Source: Acidobacteriota bacterium (GTDB lineage: Bacteria; Acidobacteriota; Polarisedimenticolia; Polarisedimenticolales; JAIQFR01). From it: a stretch of DNA of 64,000 nt. The stretch is from contig JBGQAU010000003.1 in assembly GCA_041494445.1 (NCBI GenBank), positions 1,018-65,017 on the forward strand, in the 5' to 3' direction. Position 1 is the first letter of the stretch. Every line of letters begins with the position of its first letter. Of the stretch, positions 31,474 through 41,154 are shown in pieces. The notes beneath the pieces are model-generated. The model was not told the DNA's origin and did not search any database. It saw nothing but the letters and a program-made list of their open reading frames with translations. Both the position numbers and the translations under genes were made by a program.

Positions 31474-32694
31474 ATGTCAGGACTCGACACCGGGAACACC
31501 GGGTTCATGCTGCTCTGCAGCAGCCTCGTCATGCTGATGACCCCCGGGCTGGCGTTCTTCTACGGCGGCCTGGTCGGACGGAAGAACGTCCTCGCCATCA
31601 TGATCCAGAGCTTCGTCTCGATGGGGTGGACGACGGTGATCTGGTGGGCTTGCGGCTTCTCGCTCTGCTTCAGCGGGGACGTCGGCGGGATCATCGGGAA
31701 CCTGGACTGGGCGTTCATGCGGCACATCACGCTCAACACGCCGTCGCCGAATTCCTCGATCCCGATGATCGTCTTCGCCGCCTACCAGATGATGTTCGCC
31801 ATCATCACCCCGGCGCTCATCACCGGCGCCTTCGCGAACCGGGTCACCTTCAAAGCCTACATGTTGTTCCTGACGGCCTGGCTCCTCTTCGTCTACTTCC
31901 CCTTCGTCCACATGGTGTGGGGGGGCGGTTTCCTACAGAAGTGGGGCGTCCTCGACTTCGCCGGCGGCATCGTGGTCCACAACATCGCGGGGATCGCGGC
32001 GCTCGCGTCGGTCCTCTACGTCGGCAAGCGCCGGGTCGAGGACCGGGGGCCGCACAGCATCCCGCTGGTCGCCCTCGGCACCGGCCTTCTCTGGTTCGGG
32101 TGGTACGGGTTCAACGCGGGCAGCGAGTTCCGGGTGGACTCCGTGACCGCCGTCGCGTTCCTGAACACCGACATCGCCGCTTCGTTCGCCGCGGTCGCCT
32201 GGCTCTTCATGGATTGGATGGTCTCGAAGAAGCCGAAGTTCCTCGGCCTCCTGACCGGCGCCGTCGCGGGTCTGGCCACCGTGACACCCGCCGCCGGCTA
32301 CGTCTCGCCTTCGACGGCGGCGCTCATCGGCGTCGTCGCCGGCGTCGTCTGCTTCTACGCGGTCGCGCTGAAGAACAAGCTGCGATGGGACGACGCGCTG
32401 GACGTCTGGGGGGTTCACGGCGTGGGAGGATTCCTCGGCATCGTGCTGCTGGGGATCTTCGCTACCACCGCCTTCAACCCGGCGGGCACGGACGGCTTGA
32501 TTGCCGGCAACACCGCCTTCTTTTTCAAACAGCTCGCGGCGGTGGTCTTGTCGTCCGTCTGGGCCTTCGTCTTCACCCTCGGCATGCTCTGGGTCATCGA
32601 CCGGATCACGGTCGTCAGGGTCGACAAGGCGCAGGAGGACCTCGGCCTCGATGAGGCGATTCACGGGGAGAAGGCGTACCTCGAGGGGGTGTAG
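31474..32694 (+). CDS. amtB: Ammonium transporter (Amt/AmtB family)
   Basis: 406 aa. Matches include DTGNTGFMLLCSSLVMLMTPGLAFFYGGLV, DFAGGIVVHNIAGIAALA, GWYGFNAGS and WGVHGVGGFLG. Confidence 0.95.
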   Translation: MSGLDTGNTGFMLLCSSLVMLMTPGLAFFYGGLVGRKNVLAIMIQSFVSMGWTTVIWWACGFSLCFSGDVGGIIGNLDWAFMRHITLNTPSPNSSIPMIVFAAYQMMFAIITPALITGAFANRVTFKAYMLFLTAWLLFVYFPFVHMVWGGGFLQKWGVLDFAGGIVVHNIAGIAALASVLYVGKRRVEDRGPHSIPLVALGTGLLWFGWYGFNAGSEFRVDSVTAVAFLNTDIAASFAAVAWLFMDWMVSKKPKFLGLLTGAVAGLATVTPAAGYVSPSTAALIGVVAGVVCFYAVALKNKLRWDDALDVWGVHGVGGFLGIVLLGIFATTAFNPAGTDGLIAGNTAFFFKQLAAVVLSSVWAFVFTLGMLWVIDRITVVRVDKAQEDLGLDEAIHGEKAYLEGV

Positions 32695-32697
32695 GCC

Positions 32698-33837
32698 ATG
32701 CGGACCGCGTGCTTCCGGAGCCCGACGAGGGCGTCGGCGGCCGCTCTGCTCGTGGGCGCCCTCGCCGTTGTCCCCTGCGTCGCCGGCGACCCGCCGAAGC
32801 CCTGGTACGAGCAGCTCACGGTCGACGCGTTCCTCTCCCTTAGCTACTCGTATAGTTTCAACCGGCCCGAGTCGGGCGTGAACCGCTATCGGGTGTTCGA
32901 TTTCGACGACAACACGTTCAAGTTCGACGTGGCCGAGATCGTACTCCAGAAGGCGGTCTCAGAGCCGCGGGATGTGGGCTTCCGCGTGGACGTCGCCTTC
33001 GGCTCCTCGGTGCCCCGCGTGCTGGCTGCCGCGGACGCCGGGAGCGGGAGGAAGGGGGCCCAGGACTACGACGTGCACCAGGGGTTCGCGACTTGGGTGG
33101 CGCCGGTCGGCTCCGGCCTCAAGCTCGACTTCGGCAAATTCATCACCCACCACGGGTACGAGGTGATCGAGGGGTACGACGGCTACAACGACAACGCGAC
33201 CCGGTCGTTCCTCTTCGGCTACGCGATCCCCTTCACCCATACCGGTCTACGCGCCGCCTACGCCTTCAGCGGGAAGGTGTCCGCGATGCTCATGGTGGTC
33301 AACGGCTGGGACAACGCCAAGGACAACAACGCGTCCAAGTCGGTCGGGGCGCAGGTGACCTTGGCCCCGACCGCGTCCCTCACGATCTACGTCAACGGCA
33401 TGACCGGCCCGGAGCGCGACGGCGACAACGGCCACGACCGAAGGATGCTCGATCTCGCGGCGACCTGGAAGACGACCGACCACCTGGTGCTGGGGCTCAA
33501 CCTCGACCGCGGGAACGAGGAAGACGCGCCCGTCTCCGAGGGCCTCCCCAAGAACGTGTCCTGGGACGGCGCCGCGGCGTACGCGAAGCTCGCCGTCGGG
33601 CCGAAGCTGTCCCTGGCGCTGCGCGCCGAGCAATTCGACGACCGGGACGGATGGCGAACCGGCGTCGCGCAGAGGCTGCGGGAAATCACGCTGACCCCCG
33701 AGTACCGCGTGAGCCCGCACCTGATTCTGCGCGGCGACCTCCGCCTGGACGCGTCGGACAACGGGGTGTTCGAGAAGGACGGCGGCGCCACCGACCGCCA
33801 GGTCACGGCGCTCTTCAACGCGATCTACCTCTTCTGA
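32698..33837 (+). CDS. Outer-membrane beta-barrel porin (BBP2/DUF1597-like)
   Basis: Signal peptide (AAALLVGALAVVPCVAG), alternating beta-strand pattern and a C-terminal aromatic terminus (…ALFNAIYLF). It starts 3 nt after the amtB stop. Confidence 0.7.
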   Translation: MRTACFRSPTRASAAALLVGALAVVPCVAGDPPKPWYEQLTVDAFLSLSYSYSFNRPESGVNRYRVFDFDDNTFKFDVAEIVLQKAVSEPRDVGFRVDVAFGSSVPRVLAAADAGSGRKGAQDYDVHQGFATWVAPVGSGLKLDFGKFITHHGYEVIEGYDGYNDNATRSFLFGYAIPFTHTGLRAAYAFSGKVSAMLMVVNGWDNAKDNNASKSVGAQVTLAPTASLTIYVNGMTGPERDGDNGHDRRMLDLAATWKTTDHLVLGLNLDRGNEEDAPVSEGLPKNVSWDGAAAYAKLAVGPKLSLALRAEQFDDRDGWRTGVAQRLREITLTPEYRVSPHLILRGDLRLDASDNGVFEKDGGATDRQVTALFNAIYLF

Positions 33838-34013
33838 GGCGCCGACCGGCGAGGCCCTTTCGGCCAGGGAGGCGCCTCGCCGGGCCGCCCAGGCGTAGGA
33901 TTCCTGCGGCGGCGCTCGTCCCTGGAACTTCCGGCCCGCGTTCACGTACCAAAGGAAGGTCTTGCGTCCGCCCGGCGAGGGATCCTCGGCGGGCGCCTTG
34001 GGAGTCTCACCTC

Positions 34014-35303
34014 ATGAAGAAGCGAACCAAGATCGCCATCGGGATCGGGGCGGCCGTGGTGGTGCTCGCCGCCACCGCGGTCGTCATCCAACAGAAGAGG
34101 AAGCCGGACGGGATCCGCGTGCGGACGGCCAAGGTGGACAAGAAAGACCTGGTCTCCCTGGTCACGGCCAACGGCACGATCGAGGCGCGCACCAAGGTGG
34201 ATCTCTCCGCGAACATCATGGGGCAGATCACGAGTCTCAACGTCCGCGAGGGCGACGCGGTGAAGAAGGGGGACCTCCTCCTGGTCATCGACCAGGCCCG
34301 TTACCGGGCGGCGGTGGACTCGAGCCGGTCGTCCCTCGAGTCGCTGGAGGCGGAGCTCGCGAGGGTGCGCGAGGTCGGCGCGCAGGCGAAGCGCGACCTC
34401 GACCGCGCCGAGGCACAGTACCGCGACGGGATCCTCGCCACGGCGGACTACGACCGGGCGAAGAGCGTCTTCGATCAGTCGGTGTCGGCGGTGCAGCGCG
34501 CGGAGCGGCAGGTGACGCAGGCGCACGCGGAGCTGTCCTCCACGCACGACGCCCTGGACAAGACCGAGATCCGCGCGCCCATGGACGGGATCGTCACCCG
34601 CCGCAACGTGGAGCAGGGCGAGGTCGTGGTCACCGGGACCATGAACAACGCCGGGACGGTGCTGATGACCGTCTCCGACATGTCCACCGTCGAGGCGGTC
34701 CTCGACGTGGACCAGACCGACGTCCCTCTCCTGAAGCTCGGCCAGCCCACGTCGGTGCTGATCGACGCGTTCCCCGACAAACCCTATCCCGGCGTGGTCT
34801 CCGAGATCGGGTCGAGCCCGATCCGCGGGACCACCTCCCTCGGCCAGGCCGCCACCGGGACCGACTACGAGGTCAAGGTCGCGCTCACTTCCCATCCCGC
34901 CGGGATCCGGCCCGGGCTGACCGTCACCGCGGACATCACCACCGACACCCGGAAGGGCGTGCTCACCGTGCCGATCGGCGCGCTGATCTTGAGAAGCGAG
35001 GACGAGGGCAAGGCGTCCCCATCGAAAACCGAGGAGGGGGCCGAGAGCCGCCGGACGGACGAGCAGGTCGCCACGGTGGCCTCGAGGACCCGGGACGTCG
35101 AGGGGGTGTACGTGGTCCGGGACGGCAAGGCGGCCTTCAAGCCGGTCACCACCGGGATCAAGGGGGAGCTCGACCTCGAGGTGCTCGTCGGGCTCGCCTC
35201 GGGAGACGAGGTGATCGTCGGGCCGTTCAAGGCCCTTCGCGAGCTGAAACCCGACGCGAAGGTCGTGGTGGACAACAGCGAAACGACGGAACTCGAGAAG
35301 TGA
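34014..35303 (+). CDS. Periplasmic adaptor (HlyD/MacA-type membrane fusion protein)
   Basis: N-terminal TM anchor, lipoyl-like motifs (GQITSLNVREGDAVKKGDLLLVID; IRAPMDGIVTRRNVEQGEVV) and a coiled-coil hairpin between them. Confidence 0.85.
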   Translation: MKKRTKIAIGIGAAVVVLAATAVVIQQKRKPDGIRVRTAKVDKKDLVSLVTANGTIEARTKVDLSANIMGQITSLNVREGDAVKKGDLLLVIDQARYRAAVDSSRSSLESLEAELARVREVGAQAKRDLDRAEAQYRDGILATADYDRAKSVFDQSVSAVQRAERQVTQAHAELSSTHDALDKTEIRAPMDGIVTRRNVEQGEVVVTGTMNNAGTVLMTVSDMSTVEAVLDVDQTDVPLLKLGQPTSVLIDAFPDKPYPGVVSEIGSSPIRGTTSLGQAATGTDYEVKVALTSHPAGIRPGLTVTADITTDTRKGVLTVPIGALILRSEDEGKASPSKTEEGAESRRTDEQVATVASRTRDVEGVYVVRDGKAAFKPVTTGIKGELDLEVLVGLASGDEVIVGPFKALRELKPDAKVVVDNSETTELEK

Positions 35304-36517
35304 TCACGCTGGAGGTCGCCCGGATCGCGCTGGCGTCCATCCTGGCGCACAAACTCCGGTCGTTCCTCAACCTGCTCGGCATCATCATCGCGGTCACGAC
35401 CATCGTCGCGGTGATCTCCGTCGTCTCCGGCCTCAACGAGTACGCGGCGAACCTGATCGGGCAGCTCGGCCCCAACACGTTCATCCTCACGAAGTTCGGC
35501 ATCATCACGAGCCGCCAGGAATATCTCCAGGCGCTCAAGCGCAAGGACATCACGTTGGACGACGTCGAGGCCGTGAGGCGTCTCGTACCCCGGGCGAAAC
35601 GGGTGACCGGCCGCGTGTTCACCGCGAAGTCGGTGTACGGCGAGGGGCGGCGGCTTCCCGACGCGATCGTCTTGGGCGCGGGCCCGGAGTTCCCCTGGAT
35701 GATCGGGCTCGAGCTCGAGGACGGGCGCTACTTCACCGACGGGGAAGACCGCGCCTCCCGCGCGGTGGCGGTGATCGGCACCGACATCAGGGACGAGCTG
35801 TTCCCCCACGCGGACCCGATCGGCCGGACGGTCACCGTGCAGGGGAAGCCGTTCCGGATCATCGGCCTGACCGTGAAGCAGGGGCGGGCGCTCGGCCAGA
35901 GCCAGGACAAGTTCGTGCTCGTCCCGCTCGGCGCCTACCAGAAGGCGTTCGGGAAGACCGAAAGCGTGGACGTGTTCGTCGAGGCCCCGGACGCCGCCTC
36001 GCGCGACGCCGTCCTCGAGGAGGCGCGGGTCGCGCTGCGGACCCGCCGCGGGACCGGCTTCCGCGACCCGGACCCGTTCGGCGTCGTGGACGCCGCGGCG
36101 CTGAACACGCTCTGGAAGAACCTCACCTTCGCCGGCTTCGCCCTGGTGATCTGGATCTCGTCCATCTCGCTCCTGGTCGGGGGCGTGGCCATCGCGAACA
36201 CGATGTTCGCCTCGGTCATGGAACGGACTCACGAGATCGGCGTCCGCAAGGCGATCGGAGCGCGGCGGCGCGACGTGAGGCGGCAGTTCCTGTTCGAGGC
36301 CGCCGCCTTGAGCTCGTTGGGCGGCGTCGCCGGCGTCCTCCTGGGCTCCGCCGCCTCGAAGATCGTCGAGGGGATGACGCCGTTCCCGGCGCGGGTGACC
36401 CCGGGCCTCGTGATCGCCGGGCTCGCCGTCTCGACCCTCTCCGGCGTGCTGGCGGGCTGGCTCCCGGCCTTGCGCGCCGCCCGCCTCGACCCGGTCGAGG
36501 CGCTGCGGGAGGAATGA
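35300..36517 (+). CDS. ABC transporter permease, MacB/FtsX-type (permease only)
   Basis: The GTG start overlaps the macA-like stop (GTGA). N-terminal TM helix LRSFLNLLGIIIAVTTIVAVISV, a large periplasmic domain and a C-terminal FtsX triad with EIGVRKAIGARRRDV. Confidence 0.85.
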   Translation: MITLEVARIALASILAHKLRSFLNLLGIIIAVTTIVAVISVVSGLNEYAANLIGQLGPNTFILTKFGIITSRQEYLQALKRKDITLDDVEAVRRLVPRAKRVTGRVFTAKSVYGEGRRLPDAIVLGAGPEFPWMIGLELEDGRYFTDGEDRASRAVAVIGTDIRDELFPHADPIGRTVTVQGKPFRIIGLTVKQGRALGQSQDKFVLVPLGAYQKAFGKTESVDVFVEAPDAASRDAVLEEARVALRTRRGTGFRDPDPFGVVDAAALNTLWKNLTFAGFALVIWISSISLLVGGVAIANTMFASVMERTHEIGVRKAIGARRRDVRRQFLFEAAALSSLGGVAGVLLGSAASKIVEGMTPFPARVTPGLVIAGLAVSTLSGVLAGWLPALRAARLDPVEALREE

Positions 36518-36518
36518 A

Positions 36519-37781
36519 TTGGGCCGGCTTCGCGCGAGCCTCGCCGCCCGCCGCGAGAACGTCGCCTCGGCGTTCCGCTCGATACGGGAGCAGAAGCTCC
36601 GGTCGCTCCTGACCTGCCTCGGCATCGTGATCGGCGTCGCGACCGTGATCGTCATGGTGTCGCTCCTCACGGGGTTCAACGAGCGCTTCATCTCGTCGTT
36701 CCGCCAGTTCGGCGCGACGCTGGTGCAGTTCCAGATCCACGAGGACGAGTTCGGGGGAGGCCCCCCGCGCGAGGAGGAGCGCCTCCGGCCGGTGCTCACG
36801 CTCGACGACGCGCGGGCGATCCAGCGTTACGCGTGGGCGGTCTGGTACGTCTCGCCGGAGCGCTGGCAGTTCCAGGGAGTCGAGGTCCGGTGGCGCGGAA
36901 ACCGAGTGGAGGGAGCGACCGTCGGCGGGGTCACCCACTGGTACCCGGACGCCAACAGCCACTTCGTCCAGCACGGCCGGTTCTTCAGCGAAGGGGAGGA
37001 CCGGCACGCGGCGCAGGTGGCGGTGATCGGGAAGGGGGTCGTCGAGGCGCTCTTCCCGCGAATCGACCCGCTGGGACGCGAGGTCGAGATCAACGGGCGG
37101 CCGTTCCGGGTGGTCGGCGTGTTCGAGGACAAGGGCGGGTTCCTGGACCAGGGCGGCGCGAACCTGCAGATCGCGATCCCGATGGGGGTCTTCGACCGGA
37201 TCTGGCCGGAGACCCAGAAGACTTACGGGTGCGTGATCGCGACGGTCCCGCGGAAGCCGGAGTGGGTCAACCTCGCCATCGAGCAGGGAACGGAGATCCT
37301 GCGCGACCGGCGCGGCCTCCGCTTCGACCAGCCCAACAACTTCGCGATCCGCACCCCGGACCGTTACATCCGGCTGTTCCGGCAGATCACCGGCGGGATC
37401 GGCGCAGCGATGATCGCCATCGCCGGCATCAGCCTGGTGATCGGCGGGGTGGGCGTGATGAACATCATGCTGATGAACGTCACGCAGCGGACCCGGGAGA
37501 TCGGGATCCGCAAGGCTCTCGGCGCGCGCCGCCGGGACGTCCTGCAGCAGTTCCTCACGGAGGCGATGACCCTCACGATGGTCGGCGGCACCGCCGGGGT
37601 CCTGGCCGGCCTGGGCGTCGCACGGCTCGTCGCCGCGCTGAGCCGGTTCCCGGCGACCTTCTCCCCTCTCGCCGTTGCGGCGGGGCTCACCGTCTCCGCC
37701 CTCGTGGGCCTGTTCTTCGGCACCTACCCCGCCTGGCGCGCCGCGCGCCTCGATCCCATCGAGTCCCTGCGGCACGAGTGA
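36519..37781 (+). CDS. Second ABC transporter permease, MacB/FtsX-type (permease only)
   Basis: TTG start 1 nt after the upstream stop. LRSLLTCLGIVIGVATVIVMVSL, a periplasmic domain and EIGIRKALGARRRDV. It is a paralogue of the preceding gene. Confidence 0.85.
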   Translation: MGRLRASLAARRENVASAFRSIREQKLRSLLTCLGIVIGVATVIVMVSLLTGFNERFISSFRQFGATLVQFQIHEDEFGGGPPREEERLRPVLTLDDARAIQRYAWAVWYVSPERWQFQGVEVRWRGNRVEGATVGGVTHWYPDANSHFVQHGRFFSEGEDRHAAQVAVIGKGVVEALFPRIDPLGREVEINGRPFRVVGVFEDKGGFLDQGGANLQIAIPMGVFDRIWPETQKTYGCVIATVPRKPEWVNLAIEQGTEILRDRRGLRFDQPNNFAIRTPDRYIRLFRQITGGIGAAMIAIAGISLVIGGVGVMNIMLMNVTQRTREIGIRKALGARRRDVLQQFLTEAMTLTMVGGTAGVLAGLGVARLVAALSRFPATFSPLAVAAGLTVSALVGLFFGTYPAWRAARLDPIESLRHE

Positions 37782-37843
37782 CAGGCGGGACCCACCGAGC
37801 GCTTCTTCGAGGATCGATTTCCCCGGGGGCCTGGAAGAAACTG

Positions 37844-37872
37844 TTGACTAACGTTTGGAACGTTAGCATACT
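37844..37872 (+). promoter_or_regulatory. Sigma70-like promoter predicting a leaderless or near-leaderless mRNA; carries AACGTT palindromes
   Basis: TTGACT (37844-37849), a 17-nt spacer, then CATACT (37867-37872). The ATG at 37880 is only 8 nt downstream. AACGTT occurs at 37850, 37859 and 37883. Confidence 0.4.
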
Positions 37873-37879
37873 TAACGAC

Positions 37880-39190
37880 ATGAACGTTAGGCAAATCAAC
37901 GAGTGTCTCCTGCGCGGCGATCTCGCCGCGCCGAGGCTCTTCCCCCATCTCGACGATCTCGCCCACTCGCGGTTCGCTTTCGAGATGCATTTCGGACTGG
38001 ACGCGCTTCCCGAAGAAGAGGGCGTTCTGCTCGTCCGCGGACCGCGTCAGTACGGAAAGAGCACCTGGCTGGAGTCGAAGCTCAGGGAGACGATCACGAG
38101 CCACGGGCCAGGCAGCGCGCTCTACCTCAACGGGGACGAGCTCGGCGACGCCGACGCGCTCCGGGACGCGCTGGCGGAAACGGCCGCGGCGTTTCCGCGG
38201 GGGGTCCGGGTGCGCCGCCTGTTCGTGGACGAGATCACGGCTGTCCGGGACTGGCAGCGCCCCTTGAAGCGCGCCATCGACGCGGGCGACCTGCGAGGGA
38301 TCCTCGTCGTCACGACCGGCTCGAAGGCCACCGACCTGCGCCGGGGTAGCGAGCGGCTCCCGGGTCGCCGCGGGCGCCTCGATCGAACGACCTATCTCTT
38401 CACGCCCGTCTCGTTCGGCGAGTTCCGCCGCGTCTGCGGCCCGCACCTCGGCGATCGCGCGCTGTCGGCGTACCTCCTTGCCGGCGGCTGTCCGGCAGCC
38501 CTGAACGCGCTCGCCGAACGGGGGCATCTCCCGGAGTATCTCGTCGAGATGATGCGGGATTGGATCTACGGCGAGTGTGCGGCGAGCGGACGTCAACGCG
38601 CCGCCTTGGTCGCCGTGATGGAGAACATCCTGAAGTGGGGCGGCACGCCGGTGGGACAGGCCAAGCTGGCACGGGAAGCCGGTCTCGCCAACAACACCGT
38701 CGCCGCGGCATACGTCGAATTGCTGTCGGACCTGATGTGCGTTGGCCAGGCGCTGGCATGGGATCCTTCGCGCAGGGTCGGCCTCGCCCGCCGTCCGGCG
38801 AAGTTCCCGATGACGAATCTTCTCGTGGCCGTCGCCTGGAGCCCCGAGCGACTGCGCAGCGTGGACGACTTCGAGCAGCTTCCCGAGGATGTGCAGGGCA
38901 AGTGGTGGGAATGGCTCGTCGCGCAGGAGCTGTGGCGTCGGGCCGCCCTGAGGGGGTCGGACTTCCCCGAGAGAATGCACTACTGGCAGTCCGCCGAGCA
39001 CGAGATCGATTTCGTCCTCGATCGCGAAACCTGTCTCGAGGTCAAGAGCGGGAGGACCACCGCGCTCGAATTCGCGTGGTTCGCCCGGACGTTTCCTCGA
39101 TCCAGGCTCACCGTCGTTGGCGAGGGCCGCTTTGATTCGCGCTCGGTGACCGGCATAACGATGGAGGACTTTCTCCTGCAGGTTCCCTGA
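37880..39190 (+). CDS. AAA-type ATPase with C-terminal DUF4143-like (PD-(D/E)XK-like) domain
   Basis: Walker A is VRGPRQYGKST and Walker B-like is RRLFVDEI. The C-terminus (YWQSAEHEIDFVLDRETCLEVKSGR) is typical of AAA_14/DUF4143 proteins. Confidence 0.8.
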   Translation: MNVRQINECLLRGDLAAPRLFPHLDDLAHSRFAFEMHFGLDALPEEEGVLLVRGPRQYGKSTWLESKLRETITSHGPGSALYLNGDELGDADALRDALAETAAAFPRGVRVRRLFVDEITAVRDWQRPLKRAIDAGDLRGILVVTTGSKATDLRRGSERLPGRRGRLDRTTYLFTPVSFGEFRRVCGPHLGDRALSAYLLAGGCPAALNALAERGHLPEYLVEMMRDWIYGECAASGRQRAALVAVMENILKWGGTPVGQAKLAREAGLANNTVAAAYVELLSDLMCVGQALAWDPSRRVGLARRPAKFPMTNLLVAVAWSPERLRSVDDFEQLPEDVQGKWWEWLVAQELWRRAALRGSDFPERMHYWQSAEHEIDFVLDRETCLEVKSGRTTALEFAWFARTFPRSRLTVVGEGRFDSRSVTGITMEDFLLQVP

Positions 39191-39281
39191 TCGCTCGCCG
39201 CTCCTTGCGGAGGCGACCCGCCGAGACCGGCCTCGACGGGAACCCCGGCCCCACGACCCCCAAGGGGACCGGGCGCACGGT

Positions 39282-39896
39282 CTACCTCGATTCGGGATCG
39301 ACGGGAGCGTCCACCGTGCCGAGGCGTCCCTCCGCGCGCACGGTCACGACGACGAGCTTCTCCGCGCGCAGGATCAGGAAGCTCGGATCCTCCATGCCCC
39401 ATTCGACGTAGGGCACCTCGAATCGCAGCTCCGCCCGCAGGTGTCCGCCCTCCACGGTCAGGGCCACGGGAAGGGTCATCGGGTGGTCGCCTCCGTGGAG
39501 GCTCATCGTCCCCCCGAGCTTGACGTCGCTGCGGCCCGATTCCTCGACGCGGCCCAGGACGCGCTGAGGGCGGAAAACGATCGCCGGGTAGCGCTCGCTC
39601 TCGAGGATCGAGCCGTGCATCTTGCGGTCGCGCCTCGCGTTCCCGGTCTCCGCGCTGCGGGCGTCCACCGAGATCTCGCCCGATGCGGTCCCGGTGGCCG
39701 GATCGAAGCGGAGCGCGCCGCCCGTCAGGCGCATCGACCCGTGGACCTCGTGAAGCGTCGTGCCGAGCGTGAAGGAGACCGCGCTCGCCTTCGGATCGAG
39801 CGTCACGACGCGCTCGGCCGCGGGAGCCGGAGACGCGAGGACGCACGCGGAGAGCAGGGGGACGAGCAACGTGGCCTTCGCGATCCGTCGGCTCAT
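39282..39896 (-). CDS. YceI-family periplasmic polyisoprenoid-binding protein
   Basis: Signal peptide, then DPKASAVSFTLGTTLHEVHGSM…VDARSAETGNARRDRKMHGSILESERYP. Confidence 0.85.
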   Translation of the reverse strand: MSRRIAKATLLVPLLSACVLASPAPAAERVVTLDPKASAVSFTLGTTLHEVHGSMRLTGGALRFDPATGTASGEISVDARSAETGNARRDRKMHGSILESERYPAIVFRPQRVLGRVEESGRSDVKLGGTMSLHGGDHPMTLPVALTVEGGHLRAELRFEVPYVEWGMEDPSFLILRAEKLVVVTVRAEGRLGTVDAPVDPESR

Positions 39897-39945
39897 GCGG
39901 AACTCCTCGCTCGAGCGCGGGGCGCGCCCGGGCCGCGCGTACCCC

Positions 39946-41031
39946 TCAGTACCGGTCCTCGTCCCCCTTGGGCGCGTTCGGGAGCACGGGCCACGTCGTT
40001 CCGTTGATCGTCATCCCGCCGTGGGAGAACACCCCCGACCGGCGGATGAAGGCCGCCGGGAAGTCGAGGGACGGCTCCGACGCCTCGTCGAGAGCCGCGC
40101 GGTGCTCGGGCGAGAGCGTGAGGTCGAGCGCGGCCAGGTTCTCTTCGAGCTGCGCGGCGCTCTTCGCGCCGAGGATCGTCGAGGCGACTCCCGGGCGGCC
40201 CTGCACCCACGCGAGCGCCACCTGCGCGGGCTTCGCCCCGGCCTCCTTCGCGACGCGCTTCACGACGTCGAGCACCGAGAAGGCGCGGTCGTCGAGCGAG
40301 GACAGCACCCAGTCTCCCCTTCCGGGAGGCGTCTTCTTCACGCTCTCCCGCGTGTGCTTGCCCGTCAACACGCCGAAGCGGAGCGGGGACCACGGGGTCA
40401 CGCCGAGGCCCATCTCGAGCGCCATCGGGATCAGCTCCCCCTCGACCGTGCGCTCGAGAAGCGAGTACTCGATCTGGAGCGCGATGACGGGACTCCATCC
40501 ACGGAATCGCGCCGTCACCTGGGCCTCGGCCACCTTCCAGGCCGGCGTATCGGAGAAGCCGACGTAGCGCACTTTGCCGGACGCGACGAGATCGTCGAGC
40601 GCCCGCACCGACTCGTCGATCGGCGTGATCGGGTCCCAGCAGTGCATCCAGTAGAGGTCTATGTAATCGGTCTTGAGGCGCCGGAGCGAGTCCTCGCACG
40701 AGGCGGCGATGCACTTGCGGCTCGTGCCGCCCGCGTTCGGATCGCCGGGGAAGAGGTTCCCGAAGAACTTCGTCGCGATCACCATACGGCGGCGCTTCGA
40801 CGGAACGCTCCCGAGGTGCTCGCCGAGGATCGTCTCGGAGTGGCCCTTCGTGTACATGTTCGCCGTGTCGATGAAGTTCCCGCCGGCGTCGAGGTAGCGG
40901 TCGATCATGGCCTTCGACTCCGCCACGCTCGCGCCCCAGCCCCAGTCGTCCCCGAAGGTCATCGCGCCGAGGCAGAAGGGGCTCACACAGAGTCCCGAGC
41001 GTCCGAGGGTCACGTAGTGGTCGAGCGGCAT
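39946..41031 (-). CDS. Aldo/keto reductase
   Basis: Matches include LGRSGLCVSPFCLGAMTFG, GGNFIDTANMYTKGHSE, YIDLYWMHCWD and GKVRYVGFSD. Confidence 0.9.
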   Translation of the reverse strand: MPLDHYVTLGRSGLCVSPFCLGAMTFGDDWGWGASVAESKAMIDRYLDAGGNFIDTANMYTKGHSETILGEHLGSVPSKRRRMVIATKFFGNLFPGDPNAGGTSRKCIAASCEDSLRRLKTDYIDLYWMHCWDPITPIDESVRALDDLVASGKVRYVGFSDTPAWKVAEAQVTARFRGWSPVIALQIEYSLLERTVEGELIPMALEMGLGVTPWSPLRFGVLTGKHTRESVKKTPPGRGDWVLSSLDDRAFSVLDVVKRVAKEAGAKPAQVALAWVQGRPGVASTILGAKSAAQLEENLAALDLTLSPEHRAALDEASEPSLDFPAAFIRRSGVFSHGGMTINGTTWPVLPNAPKGDEDRY

Positions 41032-41154
41032 GGTGGCTCCTCCCGAAAGACTGCCAGTCTACCCGGGAAACCCCGTACGGCAAGGTCCAAGAGGTTCTCG
41101 ATAGGGACAGCCAGGCCCTGAGGTATCGTAGTCACCGAGGAGCGCGTGTAGAGC

